NCBI GenBank assembly: GCA_019237595.1 | Contig: JAFAGU010000054.1 | Span: forward strand, 1-60,189 | Source of the DNA: Betaproteobacteria bacterium | GTDB lineage: Bacteria > Pseudomonadota > Gammaproteobacteria > Burkholderiales > SG8-39 | Length of the DNA stretch: 60,189 nt | Direction: 5' to 3' | Part shown: positions 1 to 9,470 of the stretch, piece after piece | Layout of the letters: the number at the start of each line of letters is the position of its first letter | Numbering within the stretch: position 1 is the first letter of the stretch | Translations under genes and position numbers: made by a program | The notes under the pieces: generated by a model | The model's input: only the letters and a program-made list of their open reading frames with translations | What the model was told of the DNA's origin: nothing | Databases searched by the model: none

Positions 1-1284
1 GTTTGCCTGAATGTGGGCTGCATCCCGTCGAAGGCGTTGCTGCACACGGCCGCCATCATGGATGCAGCGCGCGAGCTCGGTGCTCATGGGGTGAGCTATG
101 GCGAGCCGAAGGTGGACCTCGACAAGCTGCGCGCCTTCAAGGAAAAGGTGGTGGCCAAGCTCACCGGCGGCCTCGCCGGGATGGCCAAGATGCGCAAGGT
201 GACGGTGCTGACCGGCCTTGGAAGTTTCATTGACAAAAATACCTTAACCGTGGAGACGAAGGACGGTCGAAAGGCGGTGCGCTTCGCCTCGGCAATCATC
301 GCCGCCGGATCGCAGGCGGCGAACCTTCCCTTTCTTCCCGAAGACCCGCGCATCGTCGATTCCACTGGCGCGCTCGAGCTGCGGATGAAGCCGAAGAAAA
401 TGCTGGTCATCGGCGGCGGCATCATCGGCCTCGAGATGGGCACGGTCTACTCGACGCTCGGCGCGCGGCTCGACGTCGTCGAAATGATGGATGCGCTCAT
501 GCTCGGCGCCGACCGAGACCTCGTCGCCGTCTGGCAGAAGTTCAATGCGTCGCGCTTCGACAACGTGTTCCTGAAAACGAAGACCGCGAAGGTCGAAGCT
601 TCCCCTTCGGGCCTGAAGGCTTTCTTTGAAGGAGAGAAGAAGGAAAGCCATACCTACGACATGATCCTCGTATCCGTCGGCCGATCTCCGAACGGCAAGA
701 AGATCGGCGCGGACAAGGCCGGGGTCAACGTGACCGAGCGCGGGTTCATCGAGTCCGACGACCAGATGCGGACCAACGTGCCGCACATCTACTCGATCGG
801 CGACATCCGGGGAAATCCCATGCTCGCGCACAAGGCGGCGCACGAGGGTCACGTCGCGGCAGAAGCGGTCGCCGGCAAGAAGGCTTACTTCGACGCGCGC
901 GTCATCCCGGCGGTCGCCTTTACTGATCCAGAAATCGCTTGGGCTGGCCTGACCGAGGATGAGGCGAAGCGCGCCGGCACCAAAGTCGGGGTCGCAAAGT
1001 TTCCGTGGATTGCCTCGGGCCGGGCGATCGCCAACGGCCGCGACGAGGGATTCACCAAGCTCATTTTCGACGAGGAAACGCACCGCATCCTTGGCGGAGG
1101 CATCGTGGGAACGGGCGCCGGCGACCTCATCAGCGAGATCGCCCATGCGATCGAGATGGGCTCGGATGCGACCGACATCGGCAAGACGATCCACCCGCAC
1201 CCGACCCTGGCCGAGTCGGTCGGTATGGCCGCCGAGATGTTCGAAGGTGTGTGCACGGACATGCCGCCGCAGAAGAAAAAATGA
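1..1284 (+). CDS. lpdA: dihydrolipoyl dehydrogenase (E3 component), 5' end cut by window edge
   Basis: The frame opens at nt 1 and reads [11 protein letters not shown], the redox-active disulfide of class-I pyridine nucleotide-disulfide oxidoreductases. It also has the [10 protein letters not shown] dinucleotide motif and a C-terminal HPHPTLAES interface motif. Stop is TGA at 1282-1284. Confidence 0.95.
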   Translation, partial: VCLNVGCIPSKALLHTAAIMDAARELGAHGVSYGEPKVDLDKLRAFKEKVVAKLTGGLAGMAKMRKVTVLTGLGSFIDKNTLTVETKDGRKAVRFASAIIAAGSQAANLPFLPEDPRIVDSTGALELRMKPKKMLVIGGGIIGLEMGTVYSTLGARLDVVEMMDALMLGADRDLVAVWQKFNASRFDNVFLKTKTAKVEASPSGLKAFFEGEKKESHTYDMILVSVGRSPNGKKIGADKAGVNVTERGFIESDDQMRTNVPHIYSIGDIRGNPMLAHKAAHEGHVAAEAVAGKKAYFDARVIPAVAFTDPEIAWAGLTEDEAKRAGTKVGVAKFPWIASGRAIANGRDEGFTKLIFDEETHRILGGGIVGTGAGDLISEIAHAIEMGSDATDIGKTIHPHPTLAESVGMAAEMFEGVCTDMPPQKKK

Positions 1285-1955
1285 CGCAGGACGAGCTGAA
1301 GAAGGCGGTCGCCGAGGCCGCGCTCAAGCACGTCGTGGAAGACGCGATCGTCGGCGTGGGGTCTGGCTCAACCGTGAATTTCTTCATCGATGCGTTGGCA
1401 AAGATGAAAGGCAGGATCGAAGGGGCGGTCGCGGCGTCCGAAGCGAGCGCGCAGCGTCTCAAGGGCCATGGCATCCGAGTATTTGACCTGAACGCCGTCA
1501 GCGCGCTTCCTGTCTATATCGACGGGGCAGACGAGGTGACCGAGCACCTTCACATGATCAAGGGCGGCGGCGGGGCGCTCACGAGGGAGAAGATCGTTTC
1601 CGCCGTGGCCGAGCGCTTCGTGTGCATCTGCGACGCGTCGAAGCTCGTCCCGGTGCTCGGCAAGTTCCCCTTGCCGCTCGAAGTCATCCCGATGGCGCGG
1701 AGCTATGTCGGCCGCGAGATCGTCAAGCGCGGCGGGCGCCCGGTGCTGCGCGAGAACTTCACCACCGACAACGGCAACTTGATCCTGGATTGCCACGGCA
1801 TGGCGCTCCTCGATCCGCCGCGTATGGAATCGGAGCTCGACGGCATTGCCGGGATCGTCACGAACGGCCTCTTTGCCCGCCGCCGCGCCGATGTGCTCCT
1901 CCTCGCCGCCGAATCCGGCGTGAAAACGCTGGAGAAAAAGCAGATCCTCGCCTAG
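1281..1955 (+). CDS. rpiA: ribose-5-phosphate isomerase A
   Basis: ATG at 1281 overlaps the lpdA stop (ATGA). The product MTQDELKK...GVGSGSTV...DGADEV...[11 protein letters not shown] matches RpiA signature blocks. The ORF-track start at 1005 lies inside lpdA and is rejected. Confidence 0.93.
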   Translation: MTQDELKKAVAEAALKHVVEDAIVGVGSGSTVNFFIDALAKMKGRIEGAVAASEASAQRLKGHGIRVFDLNAVSALPVYIDGADEVTEHLHMIKGGGGALTREKIVSAVAERFVCICDASKLVPVLGKFPLPLEVIPMARSYVGREIVKRGGRPVLRENFTTDNGNLILDCHGMALLDPPRMESELDGIAGIVTNGLFARRRADVLLLAAESGVKTLEKKQILA

Positions 1956-3496
1956 GCCCTGCCGGCCTCTTCGAGCAGCGAGCCCATTTTCGCGGCGTAA
2001 GGCTCCGGCTCGCAAAAGCGGGCGGCAAATGCGTCCTGCAGCCCACGCCGCGGCGAGTCGAGCTGTGCCGGGTCGGAAACCAGCTCCGCGATCCGGCCGG
2101 CGATATCCTTCTCCACGGGGACGATCCAGCGGCCCATGTCCAGCGCGAGCAGCATCGAGGCGCTGATGCGGCTTGCCGGGCGCGGGCCGATGCGGGTGAG
2201 CAGCGGCACGCCAAGGCTCAGCACTGCCGCGGAGGTCGCGCCGCCGCCCCAAGGGTAACTGTCCAGCGCGAAATCCACCGACTGCACCAGGGACCAGAAG
2301 CGGTGCTCTTCCAGGAATGGATGGATCTCCACCCGCTCGGGCGCGATTCCGGCTGCCGAGAGCTGGCGCCGCAGCCGGAGGTTCGCCACTCCGTCGTCGA
2401 AGCCCGCAACGACCAGCTGCAGGCGGTCGTGCTTCCGAAGAAGCGAGATCCACAGCGAAATTTCGTCGTCGCCGATCTTGTGCCAGCTATTGAAGAGTCC
2501 CATGCGCACGGGCCCGCCATGGCGCGACGGGGCTCCCCCGACGCGCGGCACGGGCTCGAATGGCAGGTAAGCCAGGTGGCACGAAGTCAGGCGCAGCAGC
2601 TTCTCCGTGTAGGAGGATTCGCTTCCAGCCGGATCGACCACTTCGTCCGTAATGCGATAGTCGATGGCCTCGAGCCCCGTCGTCTGGTTCAGGCCGAAGA
2701 GCGAAATCTGCACCGGCGCCACGCGCTGCGCTAGCGCGGCGAGGCGGTTTTCGCGCGTGTGGTTGTCGAGCTCCACGAGCAGGTCCAGGTCTTCGCGGCG
2801 CAAGCGCTCCACGAGCTGCGGAGTCTCCAGCGCGGCCACGTCGAGCCATTGGTCGCTCAAGTTGCGCAGTGCATCCTGATGGCCATCGCGGATGCTTCCG
2901 GCGGAATAGATGCGCACGGAAAATCGCCTTCGGTCCAGGCCGCGCACCAGGGGAGATATGAATCCCATGATCGGATGGAAGTGCAGGGAAGAGCCGAGGA
3001 TGCCCACGCGCAGCGCTCCCGAACGTCGCGGCCGCTTCGGGGCCGGCGTCGGGGCGCCGAGCTCTCGCTGTACCGCGGCGCTGAATCGGGCGCGGAACGC
3101 TACCGGGTCGAGACCGCGGACGGAGAGCGCAATTCGGGCCGCGCTTGCCAGCAGGTTGACCGAGTCCTCCGCAGGGCAGGCGAGCCCCGCAAACGACGCT
3201 TCGAGTGCTCGGGCGCGACGATCCGTGAGCGCGAGGTACTCTGCGTAGTGCCGGAAGGCCCGGCGGCCGGCGCGCGGCGATTCAAGGTGCTGCCGCCATG
3301 CGCTATCCGCGCCGTCCAGGTCATCGAGCGCGCGCACGCGCAGCATCAGTGCCTCGGCATCGATGCTGCCAGGCGATTCGCGGAAGAAGCGTGTCGCGAG
3401 CTCGAGGGCGCGCGCCGGCTCGCCCAATAGCAGCCACGAGTTCACCAGGTGCATCTGGCCCTCCGGATCGAGGGCGCCGTGCTGCCGCCAGTGCAT
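1952..3496 (-). CDS. TPR-containing glycosyltransferase, O-GlcNAc-transferase (GT41/SPINDLY)-like
   Basis: 514 aa. The N-terminal part is helical-repeat-like. The C-terminal half has [33 protein letters not shown] and [23 protein letters not shown] blocks, typical of bacterial OGT-like proteins. Confidence 0.7.
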   Translation of the reverse strand: MHWRQHGALDPEGQMHLVNSWLLLGEPARALELATRFFRESPGSIDAEALMLRVRALDDLDGADSAWRQHLESPRAGRRAFRHYAEYLALTDRRARALEASFAGLACPAEDSVNLLASAARIALSVRGLDPVAFRARFSAAVQRELGAPTPAPKRPRRSGALRVGILGSSLHFHPIMGFISPLVRGLDRRRFSVRIYSAGSIRDGHQDALRNLSDQWLDVAALETPQLVERLRREDLDLLVELDNHTRENRLAALAQRVAPVQISLFGLNQTTGLEAIDYRITDEVVDPAGSESSYTEKLLRLTSCHLAYLPFEPVPRVGGAPSRHGGPVRMGLFNSWHKIGDDEISLWISLLRKHDRLQLVVAGFDDGVANLRLRRQLSAAGIAPERVEIHPFLEEHRFWSLVQSVDFALDSYPWGGGATSAAVLSLGVPLLTRIGPRPASRISASMLLALDMGRWIVPVEKDIAGRIAELVSDPAQLDSPRRGLQDAFAARFCEPEPYAAKMGSLLEEAGRA

Positions 3497-3583
3497 TTCC
3501 AGCGAACGGATGTCGTCCGCCGGATCCTCCCCGATGACCTGGCTCAGAAGCTCCTCGGCTCTACGCGGCCGCGATCCCGGGTG

Positions 3584-3856
3584 CTACTGGCTTGGCGGAA
3601 CGTAGCCCGAGGCGACGTCCGCACCGCCGCCGAAGAAATGGCGCTCGGTCTGCTCCATCAGGTATTTGCGCGCGCGCGGATCGGCGAGGTTGAGGCGGTT
3701 CTCGTTCACGAGCATGGTCTGCTGGCGCAGCCACTGCTGCCATGCTTCCTTGGAGACGTTTTCCCAGATCCGCTTGCCCAGCGCCCCGGGATAGGGAGGG
3801 AAGTCCAGGCCTTCGGCCTCGCGGCCGAGCTTCACGCAGTTCACGGTCCTTGCCAT
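3584..3856 (-). CDS. yggX: Fe(2+)-trafficking / oxidative-damage protection protein YggX
   Basis: A 90-aa product, [43 protein letters not shown]...NENRLN, is the YggX family pattern. It is the C-terminal tail of a spurious 538-aa track ORF. ATG is at 3856-3854. Confidence 0.9.
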   Translation of the reverse strand: MARTVNCVKLGREAEGLDFPPYPGALGKRIWENVSKEAWQQWLRQQTMLVNENRLNLADPRARKYLMEQTERHFFGGGADVASGYVPPSQ

Positions 3857-3864
3857 GGCAAAAA

Positions 3865-5187
3865 TTATATTCGCTTGACGAAGACCTTCGAGCCGCGTTT
3901 CCAGTTGTAGAGCGCCTGCCGCTGCTCCGGCAGCGCCTTGACGTCCGCGGTACGGAAGCCCTGCTCGAGGAACCAGTGCGCCGCATGGGTCGTCAGCGCG
4001 AAGACGCGGCGCAGGCGCAGGCCGCGGGCGCGGTCCTCGCAGGCTTTCAGCAAACGCTCGCCGTAGCCGGCATCGCGATAGCCGTCCGCGACCGCCAGGC
4101 AGGCGAATTCTGCGCTCCGGTCGCCCGGATACGGGTAGAGGGCGGCGCAGCCGACGATGACACCGTCGTGCTCGACGACCATGAAGTTGCCGATTTCGGC
4201 CTCGATGAGCTCGCGGCTGCGCTTGACCAGCATGCCTTCGGCCTCGAGCGGCTCGATGAGCGTGAGCATGCCGCGGACGTCCTCGACCTTTGCGGGGCGC
4301 AGCTTTTCGGTGGTGGCGGCGGTGACCATGGTGCCGACGCCGGCGTGCGTGAAGAGCTCCTGCAGGAGCGATCCCTCGGCCCGACGCGTCACGAGGTGAC
4401 CGCGGCCTACACCGGTCTTCACCGCCCGGGCGAGGTGCTCGAGCGCGCGGCTCGCCGCGGGCGTGAGATCCGTCTTGCGGGTGGACACCGTGGCGGCCTC
4501 GTCGGCGGTCAGCTCGGAAACGATATTGCCCTTGCGGTCGGTCGGCAGGCGATCGGTGTACATGAGCAGCTTGTCGGCCTTGAGCGCCACCGCCACGCTC
4601 TCGGCCACGTCTTCCCAGGCAAGGTTGAAGACTTCGCCGGTGCTCGAATAGCCCAGCGGCGGCACGAGAACGATGTCCGCCACGTCGAGGTGGCTCGAGA
4701 GCGCCGCGGCGTCCACCTTGCGCACGGCGCCGGTGAACGCGAAATCCACGCCCTTGCGCACGCCGATCGGGCGAGCGCTGATGTAATTGCCCGACACCAC
4801 GCGAATTTGCGCGCGAGCCATGGGCGAGTTGGGCAGCCCTTGGGATAGCAGCGCCTCGATCTCGACGCGCAGCACGCCCGCCGCATGCTTCACCGCCATG
4901 AGGGCGCCTTCGTCCGTGATGCGCAACCCCTGCGCGTAGCGCGAGCGCACGCCCTGGCGCTTCAACTCCGCCTCGATCTGCAGCCGAGCGCCGTGCACGA
5001 GCACGAGCCGGATCTCGAGCGAGGCGAGCACGTTCACGTCGTGGATGAAGCTCGCGAAGCGCGTGCGTTCCGCCACCATCTCGCCGCCGAAGGCGACGAC
5101 GAAGGTGCGGCCGCCGAAGTCGTGGACGTACGGCGCGACCTGGCGGAGCCAGCGCACGAACGCTTCGGGTTGGGGTGGCGCGCTCAT
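3865..5187 (-). CDS. argA: amino-acid N-acetyltransferase (N-acetylglutamate synthase)
   Basis: 440 aa. N-terminal amino-acid-kinase fold ([17 protein letters not shown]) plus a C-terminal GNAT domain ([18 protein letters not shown]). This is the ArgA architecture. Confidence 0.9.
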   Translation of the reverse strand: MSAPPQPEAFVRWLRQVAPYVHDFGGRTFVVAFGGEMVAERTRFASFIHDVNVLASLEIRLVLVHGARLQIEAELKRQGVRSRYAQGLRITDEGALMAVKHAAGVLRVEIEALLSQGLPNSPMARAQIRVVSGNYISARPIGVRKGVDFAFTGAVRKVDAAALSSHLDVADIVLVPPLGYSSTGEVFNLAWEDVAESVAVALKADKLLMYTDRLPTDRKGNIVSELTADEAATVSTRKTDLTPAASRALEHLARAVKTGVGRGHLVTRRAEGSLLQELFTHAGVGTMVTAATTEKLRPAKVEDVRGMLTLIEPLEAEGMLVKRSRELIEAEIGNFMVVEHDGVIVGCAALYPYPGDRSAEFACLAVADGYRDAGYGERLLKACEDRARGLRLRRVFALTTHAAHWFLEQGFRTADVKALPEQRQALYNWKRGSKVFVKRI

Positions 5188-5260
5188 GTAGTTTTTTCAA
5201 ATTGTAAGCGCGAAATCCGCCGCGGCGGCTGCGCTATGCTGTCCTGCAAAGGAGGCCGCC

Positions 5261-5839
5261 ATGAAGCTCGCCCGCATCGCTTTGCTCCTGCCCTGCTTTG
5301 CCGCTGCTGCGCCGGCGCTTGGCTCCGAAGACGACGCCTTCACGCATGCCCTCACGCTCGTGCAGATCTTCGTCCATGCCGCCGCGCAGTCGAGCGATCC
5401 CCAAGCGAACTTGCGGTTCCTGGACGACGTCCTCGCGGGACGCAATAGCGAGGCGAATCGCGCGATGACCGGCCTGCTCGAAGAGGCGACCGCCGACCTC
5501 TCGCCCGAGCACCGGGACAAGTTCGCCTCCATCGCCCGCGACCTCGCGGCCCTCGCGCGCAGGGACGCGCTTCTGCGGCCATCCGTGCCCGATGCGGCGT
5601 CGGCGGAAGCCGCGCTCCAGGCGCGAAAAGACCTGAATGCGATGGGCCTTCGCTACTTCGACGAGGCGCAGTTCCTGGACGCCGTGCGCCGTAACGACGA
5701 GCTCGCCGCGGCGCTCTTCGTGCGCGGCCGCGGCGTGAGCCTCGCCGCGAAGGGGCCGGACGGCCGCACGGCGCTCGACATTGCGAGGGCGAACCGCAAC
5801 GAGCGGCTGGCGGCGCTTCTCTCTTCTTCGACGCCCTAG
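5261..5839 (+). CDS. secreted hypothetical protein with C-terminal ankyrin-like repeat
   Basis: Signal peptide MKLARIALLLPCFAAAAPALG. The C-terminus DGRTALDIARANRNERLAALL looks like an ankyrin repeat. AAAGGAGG RBS lies 6 nt upstream. G/C third-position bias supports coding. Confidence 0.6.
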   Translation: MKLARIALLLPCFAAAAPALGSEDDAFTHALTLVQIFVHAAAQSSDPQANLRFLDDVLAGRNSEANRAMTGLLEEATADLSPEHRDKFASIARDLAALARRDALLRPSVPDAASAEAALQARKDLNAMGLRYFDEAQFLDAVRRNDELAAALFVRGRGVSLAAKGPDGRTALDIARANRNERLAALLSSSTP

Positions 5840-6594
5840 GCGCGGAAATCGCCCGCCAGGGCGTGGAGGGCCGCAAGCGCCGCGAGCGCTGCCGTTTCCG
5901 TGCGTAGCACGCGGGGTCCGAGGTTTGCCGCCACGAATCCTGCGTCCAGGAAACCCTGCTCCTCCCGTTCGTCGAAGCCGGCTTCCGGCCCTGCGGCGAG
6001 CACGAAGCCCTGTTTTCCGCTAACGAGCTGCGCGATCGGCGTGGGCGCGCCCGGGGAGAGGAGGATCTTCGCTTCGGAGGCGCCGAAACCGGGGGGAAGC
6101 GGGAGCTCCCGCGGCGGCACGACGAGCGGGATGCGGTTGCGGCCGCATTGCTCGCAAGCCGAAATCGCGATCTTGCGCCAGTGCGCCTGCCGCCCGGCGG
6201 CGCGCTCGCCCTCGGGGCGTGCCACGGACGCGGTGGCGAGCACGGGATGAATCTCCGCGACGCCGAGCTCCACCGCCTTGCGGATGGTGAGCTCCATGCG
6301 CTCGCTGGACGAAACGCCCTGCACGAGCACGAGCCGCAACCGAGATTCGCGCTCGATCGCCCTGTGCTCCAGGACCTCCACCTCGACCCGCAAACGCTGC
6401 ACGGAAGCGAGGCGCGCGGCGTGCTCGCCGCCGCGCCCGTCGAAGAGCACGAGCTCGTCGCCCGCGCGTAGCCGAAGGACGCGCACGGCGTGGTGGGCCG
6501 TTTCGTCGGGCAGCAAGAGCATTCCCTGCCCGAGCGGGCCGTCGACGAAGAACCGCGGCGCCCGGCGACCGGCCGCCGCAGCGGACCGCTGCAT
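5836..6594 (-). CDS. rsmE: 16S rRNA (uracil1498-N3)-methyltransferase
   Basis: The product from MQRSAAAAGRRAPRFFVDG...ETAHHAVRVLRLRAGDELVLFDGRGGE has a PUA-like N-terminus and a SPOUT C-terminus (RVLRTETAALAALA). I chose the internal ATG at 6594 because the upstream part of the track ORF overlaps the Bug gene. Confidence 0.85.
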   Translation of the reverse strand: MQRSAAAAGRRAPRFFVDGPLGQGMLLLPDETAHHAVRVLRLRAGDELVLFDGRGGEHAARLASVQRLRVEVEVLEHRAIERESRLRLVLVQGVSSSERMELTIRKAVELGVAEIHPVLATASVARPEGERAAGRQAHWRKIAISACEQCGRNRIPLVVPPRELPLPPGFGASEAKILLSPGAPTPIAQLVSGKQGFVLAAGPEAGFDEREEQGFLDAGFVAANLGPRVLRTETAALAALAALHALAGDFRA

Positions 6595-7565
6595 CACGGG
6601 CCCGCCTTGATGCCTGCCTGGCGGATCATCGCGCCGGAGCGCTCGTAGTCCACGCGCAGCATTTCGGCGAATTGCTCGATCGAGAGCGCACCCGGCTCGC
6701 CGCTCAGTCCCCTGAGGCGCGCGTCCACGTCGGGAAGCCGGATTGCCTGCTCGAGGAGCGCGTGGAGCTTGTCCACCACCGGCCGCGGCGTGCCGGCGGT
6801 GGTGAACATGCCGTACCACGTCGTCATCTCGACATTCGGCACGCCGGCTTCGGCGAGGGTGGGCACCTCGGGAAGCTCGCGCGAGCGCCGCGCCGACATG
6901 ACGGCGAGCGGGCGCACGCGCCCGCCCTTGATGGTGCCGGTCGCCGAGGAAGCGGTGTCGAACATCATCTCGATCGAGCCGCCGAGAAGGTCGCCCTGCG
7001 CCTGGCTGCTGCCTTTGTACGGAACATGGATCGCCTGCGTGCCGGTCGCGAGGCAGAACGCTTCTCCGGCGATGTGGAGGGTGCTTCCGACGCCGGTCGA
7101 GCCATAGCGAAGCTCTCCGGGCCGGCTTTTCATGAGCGCGATGAGCTCCCGCACGTTGCGCGCCGGGACCGCCGCGCCGACGATCAGGACGTTCGGCACC
7201 TGCACGATGAGTCCGACGGGCTGCAGGTCCTTCATCGGGTCGAAGGAGAGCTTCATGAGGTGCGGCGCAATCGACTGCGCGGTGTTGGTGCCTACGAGCA
7301 CCGTGTAGCCGTCGGGCGCGGCCTTCGCCGTCCCCTCGGACGCAATGGTGTTCGAGGCGCCGGCGCGGTTCTCCACGAGGAAGGGCTGCTTCGTGGCCTG
7401 GCTGAACTTCTCGGCAAGGAGCCGGGCGATGATGTCCGTGCCGCCTCCCGGCGAGGCGCCTACGAGCACCCGCACGGCGCGAGCAGGGTACGGTTCGGCC
7501 TGCGCTCGAGCCACCGAGGGAACGAGCGCGACGACCGCCGCGAGCACCGCAGCGAGCGCCCTCAT
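6594..7565 (-). CDS. Bug-family (TctC-like) tripartite tricarboxylate transporter substrate-binding protein, orphan
   Basis: Start chosen at MRALAAVLAAVVALVPSVARAQ (signal peptide). The YPARAVRVLVGASPGGGTDIIAR motif is typical of the Bordetella uptake gene family. No tctA or tctB is adjacent. Confidence 0.88.
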   Translation of the reverse strand: MRALAAVLAAVVALVPSVARAQAEPYPARAVRVLVGASPGGGTDIIARLLAEKFSQATKQPFLVENRAGASNTIASEGTAKAAPDGYTVLVGTNTAQSIAPHLMKLSFDPMKDLQPVGLIVQVPNVLIVGAAVPARNVRELIALMKSRPGELRYGSTGVGSTLHIAGEAFCLATGTQAIHVPYKGSSQAQGDLLGGSIEMMFDTASSATGTIKGGRVRPLAVMSARRSRELPEVPTLAEAGVPNVEMTTWYGMFTTAGTPRPVVDKLHALLEQAIRLPDVDARLRGLSGEPGALSIEQFAEMLRVDYERSGAMIRQAGIKAGP

Positions 7566-7572
7566 GAGCCCT

Positions 7573-7932
7573 TCAGCGGGTGCAGGTCCAGGCCGAGATC
7601 TCGCAGGCCTGCCCGCAGCGCTTGAGCGCCTTGGTCTCGGCTTCCTGCCGCGTGGCGCCTTTCTCCACGAACGGCTTGGCGCTCGCGCGCGCAAGGGCAA
7701 GGCAGCCGCGGCTCACGCTGCCCACCACGACGCAGTTCTCGTGTCCGCATTGCTTCAGGGCTTCGGTGCTCGCCTCGCGGCTCGTGCGACGGTCGGTGGA
7801 CCAGCCTACCGCCTGTGTTCCCTCGTGATAGGCGATGGCCGCGTGCAGGACGTTGCGGTTGCGCGTTTCGTAGCCGAGCGCGCTTCCTGCGGCGAGGCCA
7901 GCCAGAAGCAGAACCAGGAGCGCGCGCGCCAT
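7573..7932 (-). CDS. secreted Cys-containing protein, DUF4189-like
   Basis: 119 aa with signal peptide MARALLVLLLAGLAAGSALG. It carries two copies of the pattern ...G(W/A)S...S..EA...ALK.CG...C.V, as in DUF4189. Its start codon overlaps the stop of the upstream dehydratase by 1 nt. Confidence 0.6.
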   Translation of the reverse strand: MARALLVLLLAGLAAGSALGYETRNRNVLHAAIAYHEGTQAVGWSTDRRTSREASTEALKQCGHENCVVVGSVSRGCLALARASAKPFVEKGATRQEAETKALKRCGQACEISAWTCTR

Positions 7933-9452
7933 CACATCGTCGCCCCGAGCGTCCATGGCGCGAATTCGTCCTCGCCGTAGCCCAGCTCCTCGGACTTGCT
8001 CTTGCGGCCCGAGGCCGTGTCGAGAATGCGCCGGAAGATGCGCTCGCCCACCTGCGGGATCGTTTCCGTTCCGTCGACGATCGTGCCGCAATTGATGTCC
8101 ATGTCGTCCTCTTGCCGAACATAGAGCGAGGTGTTCGTCGCGAGCTTGAGGGAGGGTGCGGGCTTGCACCCGTAGGCGGAGCCCCTTCCGGTGGTGAAGA
8201 GGATCATATTGGCGCCGCCGGCCACTTGGCCCGTTGCCGAGACCGGGTCGTACCCGGGCGTATCCATATAGACGAAGCCCTTGGCCGTGACCGGCTCCGC
8301 GTACTCGTAGACCGCGACCAGGTTCGTCGTACCGCCCTTCGCCACGGCGCCGAGCGATTTCTCGAGGATGGTGGTGAGCCCGCCCGCCTTGTTGCCCGGC
8401 GACGGATTGTTGTTCATCTCGTTGCCGTTGCGGCGCGTGTAGTCTTCCCACCAGCGGATGCGGCCCACGAGCTTCTCGCCGACCTCGCGCGAGACGGCCC
8501 TTCGCGTCAGCAGGTGCTCGGCGCCGTAGATCTCCGGGGTCTCCGACAGGATGGCCGTGCCGCCGTGGCGGACCAGTAGGTCGACGGCGGCGCCGAGCGC
8601 CGGATTCGCGCTGATCCCCGAATAACCGTCGGAGCCGCCGCATTGCAGCCCGAGGGTGAGGTGGCTCGCGGGGACGGGTACGCGCTTCACCTTGTTCGCT
8701 TCCGGGAGCATCTCCTTCACGCGGGCGATGCCGTTCTCGACCGCTTTTCGCGTGCCGCCCTTTTCCTGGATGGTGAAGGCCCCGAACTTGTCGCTTCTCT
8801 TCAATTTTTCCGTATCGAGAAGAACATTGATCTGGTTCGCTTCGCAGCCGAGGCCCACGAGCTGCGCGGAGAAGAAGTTCGGATGGCGCGCATAGCCGGC
8901 GATGGTGCGCCGAAGGACGTCGGTCGCCTCGCCCTCGCTTGCCATGCCGCAGCCGGTCTTGTGCGTGAGCGCGACTACGCCGTCCACATTCGGATAGTCG
9001 GCGAGGTTGTTCTCGAAGTGGCGGGCGATCATCCGCGCGACCGTCGCCGAGCAGTTCACGCTCGTGAGGATGCCGATGTAGTTGCGCGTCGCGACGCGGC
9101 CGTCGGCGCGAACGATGCCGAGGAAGGTGGCCGGCTCGGCGAAGTACTCGGTGTCTTTCCTGAGCGAAGCGAAGGCGTAGTCCCTCTGGAACTCGCCCAT
9201 CGCGAGGTTGTGCACGTGGACGTGCTCGCCCGCCTTGATGTCGCGCGTCGCGAAGCCGATGATCTGGTTGTACCGGTGCGCGGGCTGGCCCTTGGCGATG
9301 TCCCGCACCGCGATCTTGTGGCCGGGCGGGATCGTGACGATCGCGCGGACGTTCTCCTTGGTCACGAGGGTGCCCGTGGGTATCTCGACGCGCGCGATGA
9401 CGACGTCGTCCTCGGGATGCAGGCGGATGGTCAGGTCGGCGGCTTGGAGCAT
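7932..9452 (-). CDS. UxaA-family sugar-acid dehydratase (altronate / galactarate / D-arabinonate dehydratase type)
   Basis: 506 aa. N-terminal SAF domain (IRLHPEDDVVIARVEIPTGT...GHKIA) followed by the UxaA C-terminal domain with conserved Cys residues (GCGMASEG, GLGCE, LQCGGSD). Confidence 0.85.
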   Translation of the reverse strand: MLQAADLTIRLHPEDDVVIARVEIPTGTLVTKENVRAIVTIPPGHKIAVRDIAKGQPAHRYNQIIGFATRDIKAGEHVHVHNLAMGEFQRDYAFASLRKDTEYFAEPATFLGIVRADGRVATRNYIGILTSVNCSATVARMIARHFENNLADYPNVDGVVALTHKTGCGMASEGEATDVLRRTIAGYARHPNFFSAQLVGLGCEANQINVLLDTEKLKRSDKFGAFTIQEKGGTRKAVENGIARVKEMLPEANKVKRVPVPASHLTLGLQCGGSDGYSGISANPALGAAVDLLVRHGGTAILSETPEIYGAEHLLTRRAVSREVGEKLVGRIRWWEDYTRRNGNEMNNNPSPGNKAGGLTTILEKSLGAVAKGGTTNLVAVYEYAEPVTAKGFVYMDTPGYDPVSATGQVAGGANMILFTTGRGSAYGCKPAPSLKLATNTSLYVRQEDDMDINCGTIVDGTETIPQVGERIFRRILDTASGRKSKSEELGYGEDEFAPWTLGATM

Positions 9453-9470
9453 GGGCGGCGGTTCCTCGGG

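Noticed and set aside
3584-5200. A 538-aa ORF on the minus strand, Arg/Ala/Gly/Pro-rich, overlapping argA in another frame.
   Set aside because: This is a typical high-G+C shadow ORF with low-complexity RRAG composition and no motifs. Only its last 90 codons (yggX) are real. argA in the neighbouring frame has full domain signatures.
5188-5260. An AT-richer stretch, TTTTTTCAAATTGTAAGC, upstream of argA, considered as an ArgR (ARG box) operator.
   Set aside because: It gives only a partial, single half-site resemblance to TNTGAATWWWWATTCANW. No second box is present, and many betaproteobacteria lack ArgR control of argA.
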